64,000 bases of DNA. Source: Girardia tigrina. Its lineage: Eukaryota. Under the pieces are notes generated by a model, which did no database searches, was not told the DNA's origin, and was given only the letters and a program-made list of their open reading frames with translations. The DNA lies in the NCBI GenBank assembly GCA_001938485.1, contig MQRK01209170.1, positions 4,329 through 68,328 on the forward strand. Direction: 5' to 3'. Shown here piece by piece: positions 10,545 through 24,400 of the stretch (within the stretch, counting starts at the first letter, position 1; every line of letters starts with the position of its first letter). Both the position numbers and the translations under genes were made by a program.

Positions 10545-12085
10545 TGTATTATGACACGTCGCTCCTGGGATGCCTCCGGTCAGTGCTTGATCAGGATCTA
10601 CAGGTTCAGGCCTTCGAGGCAATTTACAACTCATTAAAGGCAACCTACCAGCTGATAAGAAACAAAGTCATTTGACCGTTCATGCGGAAAGACATTACTC
10701 TTTGGTCTCGCACCTGTTTCCAGTGCCAGAAGAATAAGGTCACGAAGCACACCAAAACGCCATTACTGACCTTCTCCACCGGCAGCTGTTTCGACACGGT
10801 GCATATGGACATTGTCGGAACACTTCCTATGTCACATGGCTACCAGTACATCTTTACCATCTTAGACAAGAACACGAGGTGACCCTAGGAGTTCCCAATC
10901 AGATCACTAGCCACTGACACCATTATTGAAATATTCGTCAATCACTGGATTTCTCGTTTCGGCATTCCGAAGAGGTTCATAACAGATCAGGGGTGACAAT
11001 TCGAGTCAGAGTTATTCAGCGACCTCACAAAACGACTGGGCATCCAAAAATCACGACCACCGCGTACCACCCACAAATCAACTGCCTGATAGAACGATTC
11101 CACCGTACCCTGAAGAACTCATTCAGAACGTTAGCACAGAAACACGATTGTGCGAAGCAGTTACCACTCATTTTGCTAGGCTGGAGAAACATTCCCCATA
11201 GCAGATATGGTACCTCGTCCGCACAAATGTTCTTCGGCTCAAACACCTCCTTAAACAACGAACTATTCTTCAATGAGGCACCAAAAAACGATGAGATGTT
11301 AATGGCGGCACGTGAACACTTTTTGCAAGCCGACAGAACACCACCAAACCAGAGGGACAGCACATCTTCATCGCGAAATAACTTGCGACCTCAAAATTTG
11401 TTTGGCGCCAAAAGGAAGCCGCGAACTCTCTAGAAAGTCGCCACACCGGACCACATAAGCTCCTAACCGTCGCATTAGATAACAACACAGTTAAAATTTT
11501 GGTACATGGCAAGGAGATCACCGTGAATATTTGCAAGCCTTGCCTGCACTTGGAAGATTCCATCCAGGACGAAACCAAGCAAAAGCCGGACAACAACAAC
11601 TCCCCCAAAAAGAAAGCTAGAACGTCAAAGAGCATATTAGCCACGAAAACAACAAGAAAACCATCTCAAAGGAAGATCATACGACCGGCACGTTTCCATG
11701 ACTACACCAAGTAACGCGTAACGACCTCACACCCTCAACACAACTACAACACACGCTCACAACATCACACAGCAACAGATCACGCACAAACCACAAACCC
11801 CCACAACAACAACAACACGCAACTCCCCACCTTCACACCTCTACAACACAATACACCACACCCAAACAACCAACACGTCAAACAAAACCCTCACCGACAC
11901 AGCAACAATGCAATCATACCCCCACAACCCAATACATCACACGCAAACAGACATAAAAAAAACCAACATGAACAACACTGCAACACACCTTGTTTCAAGG
12001 AATATTCATTCTCGCACCCCTCCTACTTCCAGCAGCCCTCCACAATGCAACAACCACTATGCTCCGCATTCTTCAGCGGGGCTCG

Positions 12086-12953
12086 TGTAGTGATCTTCTC
12101 AATCAACCAAAAAAATCCGATTCGAAAAAATCGGATTAGAAATTAAAAATAATGACTGTTAGAAATTCAACCTTTTTTTAAATAATTAGAATTAATGTTA
12201 GAAATTTGAATTAATAAATGCTTAAGATGATGAATACTTTTTGTCTCTATGTTAATTTATTAATGTTAAATTATTCATAACATTCTATGCTATTTTCAAA
12301 CAACATTCCTACCGCGAAGATCTACCGCGCGGACCTTTGCACCCGGTGTCGCTCCACTTCACGGTCGCTGTCCACTGCGGTCGCACTGGTCCATTCCATC
12401 GGATTCTGGTCGTTAGTCTCAGAAAACAGGTCGGTCCCTACCGATACTCGGACTTCGCATCGGATTTGCGCGCTCCGTCTCTGGTGGTTCACCCGATCGC
12501 CAAACCAACCAGAGTGCTCCCCTCGACAATCGGCATCGATCGGATCGATGCGCTATCGGGGATTGAGAGCCCCACGCAACAGTCGACAGGAAAGTCGACC
12601 GACGGTGTCGTCACTCCTAAGGGTGGAGCCAATCGAACGAATGAACCGATGATGAACCGGCTGCACCGAAGACTCGTGTCGAGCGGCAAGACGCGCGTTG
12701 GTCCAGCCTTGCTTTTAACGTTTGAGTGGCTGGAAATCCAGCGACTTCCGTTGGATGCCAGACCCACAATTGGAATCGAACTCCAGATAGTGATTAGACA
12801 TTATTTCAAAATTTTATTTCGATACAAATTTCTGTTTTTTTATGCGAATTTCCGAGGAACATTATATTCTATTTTTAAAACATTTATAAATAAAAAAGAT
12901 GTGATATAAACATGAATACTTTAAAATTTTAATTAAAATTTTACAACATCACA
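12086..12953 (+). repeat. 3' LTR of Gypsy 2
   Basis: CAGCGGGGCTCG PPT followed by TGTAGTG; AATAAA near 12888; ends CATCACA. Right boundary is tentative. Confidence 0.65.
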
Positions 12954-13559
12954 ATTTTTAAATTTACTGTTTCATAATTTTAAATTATAACGTTAAAAAT
13001 ATTCGTGAGCTTAAAAACCCTAACAGTAATATTAAAGGTTTTGTTCTGATATATAATGTATTTTTAATTTGAAAAATGATGTTTAAATCTCAAATCTTTT
13101 CAAACTATTTGTTAGGTATATTAAAAAAATATAAATTAAAAATATTTAAAATTAAAAGTATTTTGTTTTAATTAATGGATAAAATAAAACTTTATTTAAA
13201 ACTTAACAGAATTTAAATTAAATAAATAAGGAAGATTAATATTTAAATAGGAGGTACTATAAAAAGGAAAGAGGTTTAGAAAGACACATATAAAAAGGAA
13301 AAAGAACTACAAGAGATCCTAATTAAGACCTGTAATTAATTAACTATTTAAAAGGTCAAAATAATTATATTTGCCAAGATCATTGAAAAGAATTTGTCAT
13401 TCTGAAGAATTTGTATTAATTATCTCACATGGAGATAATTAGATTCACAAAGAGTTCATATAAAAAGGCGATGTTTTATTGTGAAAAAAACTAGAGTAAC
13501 TAGAAGTACGAGCCGATCATTCATATATCAATATATATTTACTTAACATATCTTTATAT

Positions 13560-14110
13560 ACCTTTTTTATTAAATTACTTGTGGGCAAGAGCATTTCCTC
13601 TTCACACGCTATCTAAACTATAAATTCGTAAATAGGATAGGTTCTCTTAAATATTTGGGAAACAATTTTTAATATTGTAAATAAGAAATAAATATTTTTA
13701 AACAAATTCTTGTTTTACTTTCATTTATAATCGTTCTTTAAATCACGTATATCCCAACATATTGGTGAATTTATTTCATTTCCGTTTGGAGAATATGATA
13801 ATGGGGATATGTTACTAAATTTAGCTCATATTTTCCATTCGAATTCATCTAATGTAGAGTCAAGTTTTAACATTAAAGTGAGATATCATTTTGAAAGGAC
13901 GCACGAATAAATATTATTTTTGGAAGTTAGTGTCAAAAGAAAAATATCCATTATTAATGCCAGTTTTATATAAATTATGCGACTTATTTATGTAAAGCAG
14001 TATTTTCACAAATGAAAACAATTAAATCGCAATTTAGAAGTTTTCTAACCGAAAATGTAACCACTTGATGACATATATCAAACTAAGTATGTGTGAATAC
14101 GAACAACATA
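13560..14110 (+). mobile_element. Decayed hAT transposase (dimerisation domain)
   Basis: TYLCKAVFSQMKTIKSQFRSFLT near 13982-14050. Confidence 0.6.
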
Positions 14111-15273
14111 ATAAGACTCATAAAGTGGAGTGTATTATGTTTTTTTCATATCTGAAAGACTCAATCGCATTTAACTAGTGAACAATTTAGTCTATCATTC
14201 AACTTTGACGTGTACATACCCATGATCATTTGAATATAGAACCGATTAATATATTTCATCTTTAACATTTTCTACACCTTTAGTTTTTAAAAAATAACAA
14301 TACAGTGACCAAAAAATTAATTATGGTAATAAACAAAATTTGGTTTATTGGATTATTTTTTGTAAAAATGAAATACACAATTTCAAAATATCTTTACTTG
14401 TTGTAAATCTCGTTTTTCTGTGGGTGAATTATATTGAAAGAAATCCCGTCAACGAATTCACTGATGTTGGTGAATTTGCGTGAGACGAGAAGCCGCTCAG
14501 TAAGAGGTGAGTGTGAGTGTGAATGGGGCACAAGCGGTCAAATATTGCTACAATAAGATTAGTTATTCAGTGGAAATTCGTTAATCATTGCGAACTCCAT
14601 CTGATAAATCGATCGTCCTTTCGGTTGTATCAGCTGGTCGTCAAGCGCCATCAATCTCATTTGACAGAGGTGGTGGTCACCTCTATGAAGAACGAGCCAA
14701 CGGTGCCGTACCACCACTAGAAGTCAGATTTCCAATTACCGTACTCGGTTCCTTTCTTTATTTTTAGAAACCGGTACCCATCACACCCTTTCTATGATAA
14801 CCTTCCAAAGTACATCATAACACTCAAGGTCACACGAACAACCAAAAGAGGCCACATGTTCCTCATTATTGCTGTATACCTTTTGTTTTAACATTATGTT
14901 CTTGTTTTCTGAAAATTAACACACCTATATTTGTATTTTTTCATTAAAAAAGGTTTATTAACTTTTTATACACATTTTATTTATATTTTGTTTAGTCTTG
15001 CACAATTTCAATCAAAGAGTTTAAGAGGTGCTTAAGTATGATTAAATTGAATTTCAAGTGTGTCATTAGTTCATTAAAAAATAATCAGTTTAACTTCAAA
15101 TGAGAAGAAAATAAATTTTCTTAGAGAAATATTCTCAAAATTTGGATGTACATTAATAAAAGTTTCGTGGTACGATTTTTTGCAGCTGATGTAATTCATA
15201 TCAACTAGTTTAACTAAATGTCAACTTAATATAGATTAATAATCAAAGACTCAAAACAATGATAATTAATCCT

Positions 15274-15409
15274 TTATACAGATTCATTAGTTGCTTTTCT
15301 AACATTTTCGTTTTCCGGTTCTATCTTAAGATGTATCTTGCACAAATGATCAATAATACCAGCTCCAAGAGCATCACCGTAAACATTAATTGATGTTCGA
15401 AGGCGATCT
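15274..15409 (-). CDS. slc1a: EAAT gene A exon 9 (TM8, stop)
   Basis: [24 protein letters not shown]...NESV*; acceptor AG at 15411-15410. Confidence 0.92.
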
Positions 15410-18400
15410 CTAAATGAATGATTATCAATACAAAATGATTATTTAAAGAAATTAAAACAACTAGACATCACCAAATTTTCATTTACAAAGGATCAATGAA
15501 AAAAAACAGAAAGTAAGAAAATGTCGAGTTACAAAAATATTGAAATTAATTTTAAAATAAATATACGACATTTTATGCTGAATAAAACAAATTATCTTTA
15601 CGAGATGTTTATTATTATTATGGGTTACTAAAATTTTCAATTCATCAAATAAATTTTTGTGTGAAATTATGACTTCTAATCAAACTTTGAATCAAATAAT
15701 ATCGAAGATAATGTCAATGCTACTGACAATAATAAAACATATTTTTAATCAGATATTCGCTACGATATAAAATTTTCGTCCTGATTTCATAATGAAATCT
15801 TTGTTCTTTGTAATACCTAAATTGCAATCCGTAAATGTATTGTCCTATACATGTTCGTTTGATGATGGATGTGCATAATTGTTTGTTCATTTTTTTATGG
15901 CGTGCTTGTGATTTTTGTTTTATATATTACTTATAGCGAGGGAAGAATTTTTATGTTGATGTTGTCTTTTTTTAATCTGTCTTATTGCGATTATCGGAAT
16001 CAGTTTTTTGATTAATGTTTGGTTGGAATCTCTCAATACCGATGATACTGAAATGCAAAAAAAACAAAATTCAGATAGATAAAATTATATTTTCACAGTT
16101 TGATTCAGCAAAAGAGAATCATTTTTGATTTAGCGGCTTCCATACGGACCACTCGTTTCTTGTCACTCACTAACTTATTCAATGTTGATTTGATTGCAGC
16201 AAAGTACTTCACCGTGTTGTAATTTGGGAAGGACAGCACAAACCAACCGATCACCTTTGCCAAAAACTAGCGATCTTTCTAATAGAGATAAATAAATGAG
16301 AACCTATATTCGAAACTCGAAATAATATACTGGTTCAGGAGAACTTCTAAAATCACACAGTGCAAATATATTTTCGGCTATGTCTTCAATATATTGTGAC
16401 AATCGGTTGTCTTGAGAGTGCAGATTACAAATGGCTTTCAATACATCCAGACGCAATGAAATTTTTTTTATTGTCAAGCCAAAAGAACCATTGACTCACG
16501 ATGTCTATTATCTATAGAAATGAACATATTAACCCTATCAAGACATCTCCTTCATAACTTTACCGCATCAACAGAAAACTCTTTGATATGTTTCGAATAA
16601 CTCTTAATAAGCTTCAAATAGATCTCCGTTGAAATATATCGTTATTTGATTTTAAATTTTAATAATATGGTCAATGATCGCTTAGCGATCACAAAATCAA
16701 TAAATTAATTTGATGAAGATTTAATTTGGCATATGTTATACATATATTTTTTTATCCTAGACTGTTTATGTGTGACAGAGGTTATATATTTTTGTGTGTT
16801 GATTTAAAATTTATTGTCTATTTGAATTTAGTTTTGTTTATTTTTTTAATAATAAATTTCACGATTAAATCGCACTACTTCGTTTTCGTTCATATTATTT
16901 AATTATACTGATAAAATTACACTATATTCTATAATTTAAATTTTTATTTAAAACAAATTTCTAGATATGAGGTGTGTTCCAGATTTGAATTAACCCTTTA
17001 CTGACTATTGATGCCATATGGAATCATAATATATATCAGACTTGTATAGCCATCTATGAATGAATAGGGATAACATTTTTTATTTAGATCGATAAGAAGA
17101 TATATTTGTTGTCAATTAAATTTTTACTCTAATTACTTTACTGCTTTCGCATATATTTTACTACATACTTTTGGTGTGTTTAAATTGATATTCTTAATTC
17201 AGCCAGGAAAGGGTTAATAAAAAAAATTAAAGAAATAATTAACATTGAAATTGGAATTTTGCATTCCAATTTCAAGTCATTAAAATTATATAATATATAT
17301 TTATATATGTATATGTATATACATTATTGAGAAGTTAAATTTTTTATGGTTTAAAAATTCGTTTGTTTAAACGAATTATTATAATTAATGTTAGTTTTGA
17401 TATCTAATAAAGATAGTTCAATATCGATTTTTTGTTAATTAGAATTAATAGAAAAATATTAAAACGAATTACTTATTAAAAGATTGATAGAAACATTGAT
17501 TTTTGGAATTATAAGTAAATTATATTTGAAATGGATGATGGATTGAACATAAAATCGAGACAAGATTATTCGTACGATTATCCGATTTTGGACGAATGTG
17601 CCAATTATTGTCTAACTGGAATCATTCAATTTCTACAAAACGAATGGACGAAAATCGAAATCAAACCGTTCAATGGGAAGTGAATGGGAACGAGCTGAAT
17701 TTCAGGCAAAAATAAATTATTTACAAGGCGAAAGAAAATGTCAGGAGAGTGAAATGTGATTTGATTCGACGAATAAAAATGTTGGAATATGCACTGAAAC
17801 AAGAGCGAAATAAACTGAGCGCATTGACGGGCGACAGCGACAACTCGATAAACATTGTGATCTTCGAGAACACTCTGAACAATGACGAAAAAGCCGAATT
17901 CGATGACGCCGATATCTATTTGGAGTTCTCGAAAAATAATCAGAAAATCAATGATGAAAATATCAAATGGAAAGGCGAAAGAAATACGGTCCTCTTCAGG
18001 GCCAAAAATCTTGATTGGAAAGTGGAGACGGATTCGACAAAAACAAGGTGTAAGTAATAAGTTTTTGCATGTCAAGCTACATGTTAATAAACAATAAATA
18101 TTTTTAAATGGCTTTTATTTTATTAAGCTACGATGCTTACATATAGTTTATGGAATTGCAATTACAAAAGTAGCCTAACGCCGCAGTAGAGCATTGGGAG
18201 GCTTCATGTAGCTTGAAGGAATGATGCTACTTCACGTTGCATTGCTTTTGAGTGCTTTGCAGAATTTAGATATGGTCAATGCCAGCTGGATAACGAGGCT
18301 CATTTTGTAAAAGCTACCAAGAGGAAGATGCACAAGTGACTATTGCACAATTAGAGGTAACCATCAGAATCTCATCGATATAAATCCTCCCTATCCTACT

Positions 18401-21400
18401 TAACAAACACAGCCTCTGGATGGTTTGTCCCCGTTGGGTCACACATTGACCTACTAAAAACAAAAGGCGCCTGAATCAATTGGTGTCGCATGATGCTCTC
18501 TACGATTGATGGTTAGCGGTTCCACAGTGCTTAAAAGATGCTAAATGTTGACGAATTTAGACAAAATTTACAGTTATGACAAGGAAATTAACTAGCAGCC
18601 AGGGTAGTTCGGGCAAGCGCCCAGTGTGAATAAGCAGATAGTGGCGTTTTTGTGGTCAGAGATGATCATGTGACATGCAACGACTTTAGATCATCAATTG
18701 AGGAATTCTGCTGTATCAAGAGAATTCCAATGTCCATCTATCCATTATACAAGTCGAATGGTATAATGGATTTTCGTACCCGAGAATGCAATAAAAAAGT
18801 CAGCCACCTATCCTACAGTCAGAACCTGGTACATGCGACTGCTTCGCGTTTCCAAATGTGAAGTGGATTATGCAGGGATTCACTACGAGTTTATAGAAGA
18901 TGCGGTCAAGATATTCACAAAACTTTTTGAAGGGTAACCTGATTCAGCATTGTTATTTGTTGGAATAAGTAGTTAACAGGATTAAACTTTGCGTTGAAAC
19001 AAATTTTGAATATTTTGAAACGTTGTAGAGCTTAATAAATATTTTGGAATAATACTTTTTCGACATCCGGAAACTTATTGCTCACCTTTCGTTCATATTA
19101 AGTAAACTATTACAATCTTTAGAAAGATACCGGACGAGTTTTAAATTCTTATTTTCACGAGAAGTTTATTTACTTATTGTCTTTATCCTTTATCAAGATA
19201 CTTATAATTCATGTAATATAGTACAATTAAATACACTAGTTTTCTGGGATTCCGTTTAGGATTCTCTTAAAAACACGAAATTTAAAAATTTTCTGGAATC
19301 ACGGAAAATAAGAAATTTCTTTAAATGCTTTTAGAGTGCTTGATCCAAATCAGCTTATCCTCTTGCGCAGCGATTTATGTCACTATGCCGACATTCTAAG
19401 TTTTGTTGACTCCAGAATGCCTGATCTATCGAAAAATGATGAAAGAAATGCATGGGAAAAATTGTGATGATACTCTAGCCTTTTAGTGCGGGATTTATGA
19501 CAGGAATCAACTACTAACAAGCACTGCTGGGCTTTTTGTTTCTGTTCCTGTCAATTCTGGACGCATCGAGCAGGGGTTCCGAGCTTACAAATTTTTGTGA
19601 CTGACAAATGTTAGTAAAACATTAGTAAAAGCATTTTGTTGGGTTTTATTTTAAATTTTTTATTCGGTAATACAATTTAAATTTCAATATGTTTATAAAA
19701 ACGAATGTTCTTGAAAGTCCGTTTTTTAACTTTTACTGTAAAACTCCAAAATTTTATGTTAGTCATATTTATAGATTAGCCTCTTCTGAAATTATTTTTC
19801 TAAAATTTATTAGTGAAATTTTAGTTTTTTTAATGGAAAAAATATTTAACCATCGAAGAAAAGTATTGTCTTAAATCATCAATATTTACCAATAAGTTTC
19901 AATACAAACCGAAGTTTAAATTCTAAAATTTCCATAATTTAAGACTGATTAGAAAACATTTAACTTAATTCTAAGTTTAGAAATACGGCAATTTCACACT
20001 GGACTGTAGTAACCATCGACAACATTGAGAAAAAGGGAATAACTTTCTTTGTTGATTTCGGTTATTCTGCTAAACCTAATTAATCAAAAAAACTCAATAA
20101 TCCGGTTGAGACTGATGTTTGAACATTTAATTTCGGTCAACGCGATTTAATTATCAATATTTCAAGTGACACACACTCCCAATAACTATCAAAACGCTTA
20201 CATAGAATCTTAAATTATCAATATTAATATCACATTTACATTTTTTCATATGCTCAGCAATATTACTCTTAACATATTTTATTTTTGCATTTATTAACAG
20301 TTAAATCAAATAATTAGTCAATGACCTGAAAATGACGGTTCATTCTTCTCGAATATATTGTTTATTAAAAATATTTTTTCAAATATGTAACTTTTTTTAT
20401 CATATTGCAGGTTTTTCAAAACTCCCTGTAAATTTCATCCATCGATTATTAAAAGAACAATAAAACACGATTTTTGAAAATTTATGATTTGATAATTTTG
20501 ATTATTAAAACAACAAAAGTTGTTTTAAAATCTTTTTTTCATAATTAAAAATAATATTTTTTAATTTAAGTAAATGCAGTTTACACTCCCCAATCGATAA
20601 AGTTTTCTGAAGAGATGCTTTAATGTGTATTGGTTAAATCCATCTTGTTCTTTATTGAGAAAGGGATGCTGTTCTTTTCCAATTTCATATGATCGAATTT
20701 GTAAAAATTATTTAAAATAATTATTAATAAATATAAAAAATATCAACAATTTAATTCATATGGCGTCTAAAATGTCTTGAAAACAATTTTTTGAGGACTT
20801 AAGAATGGAAATCTGAATTAATATGTTACTTTAGGAGTTGTTGTGTGAAGGAAACTTCAGTATTAGTAGGTAGACAATAAATAAGCACTTTATATATTAA
20901 AAAACGTTTAATTTATTTTTAACATGATAAAAACTTTATTGTGACAGCTTAAAATTGATTAATTTAATTACTAATTAAAGCTTTTTACCAACTAAAGAAA
21001 CGGTAGCAAAACAATCTACCTTTCGATTCTCTTTGTACACTGAAAACATGAGAAGTAAAGCAGGAACCAAAATTATCAGTAATTTGAAAATTGTAGGAGG
21101 AAATAGAGCTTTATCGTGTTTTTTCGTTTTCCGATGGATTAATTAAATTCAAGTAGGAAAAGACAATCGTTTGAAGTTGTTCAAAAATCGGACCTCAAAC
21201 AACAATTTAAAGCATCCAAAATGTTGAAATCACAAAGCAGATGCTTGAGCAAATTTTAAAAAAAATTCAAGAAACCCTACAGCTTCTCATATTGATTGTT
21301 TTGAAAAATATTTGCCCTTGAAGTGACCGACATAGGTGAAACCATTGATTCCCATCGTTGCATTACCATTCTTAAAACAAAATTGCAAAATGTTTGAAAT

Positions 21401-24400
21401 ATTGGAATAATAAACTTTTACAACATGGACTTAATTCATTTCATGACAATGTGCGTCCTTATTTATCCCATGAAAATTTACTTTCTTAATTAATCTATTT
21501 TAGCAAAAATTTTTCATCTAATTTTAATGATTTTGACCGATTGGAGTTTAAATTCTTTAAAAGACACCTAGGACAAGATATATTTATTAAGAAGGATGAT
21601 GTTACAGGTACTATGTCCAGCATATTGAAGAGCATACCTAATGATGGATTCAATTATGAACTGAAAGGACTTAATATTCATTGCCAAGCAGCAATTGATG
21701 TAACTGGCGATTATATGGAATTATAAGTTAGTGTCATTTATAAAAAATGTGTTGGATACTTTTAAATAAATACAATTTCATCACTTTCTGGGCGCATTAA
21801 GAACTTATATAGACATATTTTAAACATTTAGTCATTTAGTTCATTTATCGGAAAATTATTGTCTCATCAAGTTAAAAAATAAGCTTTTAAATAAATTGCA
21901 ACAATCAAATTACAATAGTTTGTATAGGGTTTTTAAATTTGAGAAAAAAAACAACATTTGAGTACTATCTTTAAATTAGTCAGCGTACGAAAATTTTACT
22001 TATTATGAAAGGAATATCATGATTCTAAATGATTATTATATTTAAAATATTATTTATAAAAAGTTGAATTTACTAACAAAAGCCAATCAACAGTAAAAAT
22101 CAGCGAGACATCATTCGTTGGCACTCCGATTGATGAAAGTACTAAAAGCAAGGTTACTAATCCTGCACTAGGCACAGCTGCTGCACTTACAGCCGCTAAT
22201 GTGGCCGTGATACTAAATAATTAAAAAAGATTATTTTCATAAAGCGACTTTTGCAAATAAAAAAAGTTAAAGATTGATCTAATACCTTTTAAGATACTGA
22301 AAACGGTGACCGGTCGTTTCGACCAACAGTCATGAATAACTTGACTAGTTTATACCTTTTGTATGAATTTATATAATTTACATATGGTTTTATAGCAAAA
22401 AATGACAAAATTTCTTTTATTCTGACTGTTCTTAAGAACAATATTTTTTTATAAAAATAACTTGTGATTATTTTAAGATAAAATTAAAATATAAAAAATT
22501 TTAGAGATTATTTCTGGAAGATATTAATGTTTAGAAAAATTTATACTTTATTCATTATTTCTTCTATTCTTAAAAATGGGTATAAGACCACAAAAATGTT
22601 TTTCAAAATCAAAAAAATATTTAAAGACTTAATTTAGTCGAAATCAAATTTGAGGAAATTTTTTTCCTGTATATACAAGGAAGAAAACAAAACACATTTG
22701 AAATTTTTTATGATAAATTCAAAATGAACAATTCTATTTTAAGAATTCAAGCCAAAAAACATGACCAAAGGGGGAAGGAATGTGGCCGATATACTATATA
22801 ATTAAAAAAGATTATTTTCATAACACGACTTTTGAAATTAAAAAAAATTAAAAGTTGACCTAATACTTTTTAAGGTACTGAGACAATGACCTGTCTTTAG
22901 GAATAACGGTCATGGATAACTTGGATAGTTTACATCTTGCGTATTTTTAAAAATCCAGAAATAATGAAAAAAATATAAATTTTTTTAGACGATAATATCT
23001 TCCAGAAAGAGTGTCAAAAAATTTGTATAAATATTTTAATTGTATCTTAAAATAAATTATATTTTTGAATGATGTTTATTGTGTATGTTGTTTGGTATGC
23101 TGTTTTAGGATTGTGTTTCTCCCACCCAGATGGAAGATTGATATTTAAATTTAAGTTGTTTTGAGAATAAATTTTCAATGTGCTTTGTTTACTTCTAAAT
23201 TTTATCTTACAAAATTATTTTTGGTAGATATTTTTAATTGATTTTTTGACATATTTGTTTTAACTCTTAGTGTAAAACATTTCCATTTTAAATGCAAACT
23301 GTGCTCGAATAACTATTAATCACGAACATCCAAAATACCAATTTTTCATATAGGTTGGAGAAACACATTTTCAATGACTAAACTCAACATACCAAATTAA
23401 AAATATTCCTCACAAGAATAATTATGTCTGCTGCAGTCGTATTATTAAACAAATAATACAGGAAAGCAAAGGCTTTTTAAATTTTAAAACAAGCTTTTTA
23501 ATTAATTTTACAGGAATATAAAAATGTATAATTGTCTAATTAAATCAAATTCACAGTCAATTACAGTCTGGTTCGATCAATACGCAAGGCAAAGAAGGTC
23601 AATATTTTCTATCGCTGTACATTGCTCTTTAATGTAAACCAGACTTAAGATATAAATATGAAAATATGAAACAGAATGGGGTGTTCGACATGTAATTTTT
23701 TATTAAGTCGAGGTTTTTATTTTATAGAGTGTAAAGTAAATGCTCGTTAAATCGGGGTTTTCGTTAACATAGGGTTCGTTAAAACAGGATTCGACTGTAT
23801 ATGCGTGTTTTTTTTCAAAAACTATTTTTATATTTTACTTGTTTATGAAATGTATGTTTAAATAGATAATGATTTTAGATTTATTTCATTTTTGTCTGAG
23901 TCAGCTGCTTTCGTTTGATACGAATATTTTTTTTCGTTAGAAAATATCAATGATTTTTATCTGTCGGTTCTTTTTCTCCTGTTTGAGAAAAAAAAGATGT
24001 GGAATCTACCTTATAGTAAATTTATTCATGTGCAGTTTTTGAAGAAGAATTCGGATGACGGTTAGTGGAATAGCTTTAAGTTTGCTGCAAACTCATTTAT
24101 TTTCAAAAATCTGTCAGATAGAACATAATATAAGGGATATAGTGTCTATAAAGATCACCTCTACAGGTCGACCAGAGGGATCATCGTCATCAAGTGTTTC
24201 TCGTTCCAGTTTAAATAATTTAGTCCACTCCATGATCTGTGAATATGATAGGGAAGTCTCTTCAAATACCCTGTCTAATTGATGTTTGATTATTGAGGGA
24301 AAATGAACTTCTTTGATCAAAAATATGAGTATACTCAATTTTATATACTCAATTTTAAATATCTAAAAACATAGAATATTTCATCATAAAATTAGTGAAA

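Larger units (their letters stand above)
8121..12953 (+). mobile_element. Ty3/Gypsy LTR retrotransposon 2, 5'-truncated pol relic with 3' LTR
   Basis: Protease VDTRSAVSII and ILGADFL; RT with the YxDD core deleted near 8810; RNase H TDAS..FDRELL..TDHKPL; integrase HMDIVG, TDQG, AYHPQ; tail IRPARFHDY; purine-rich PPT before the LTR. Confidence 0.9.

Noticed and set aside
12287-12909. Overlapping 121, 190 and 92-aa ORFs as env or accessory genes
   Set aside because: They lie in the GC-rich LTR core, have no recognisable motif, and are open in several frames.
14399-14893. Possible solo LTR (TGTTG..AACA)
   Set aside because: Flanks TTACT and TTATG do not form a convincing TSD, and there is no second copy in the window.
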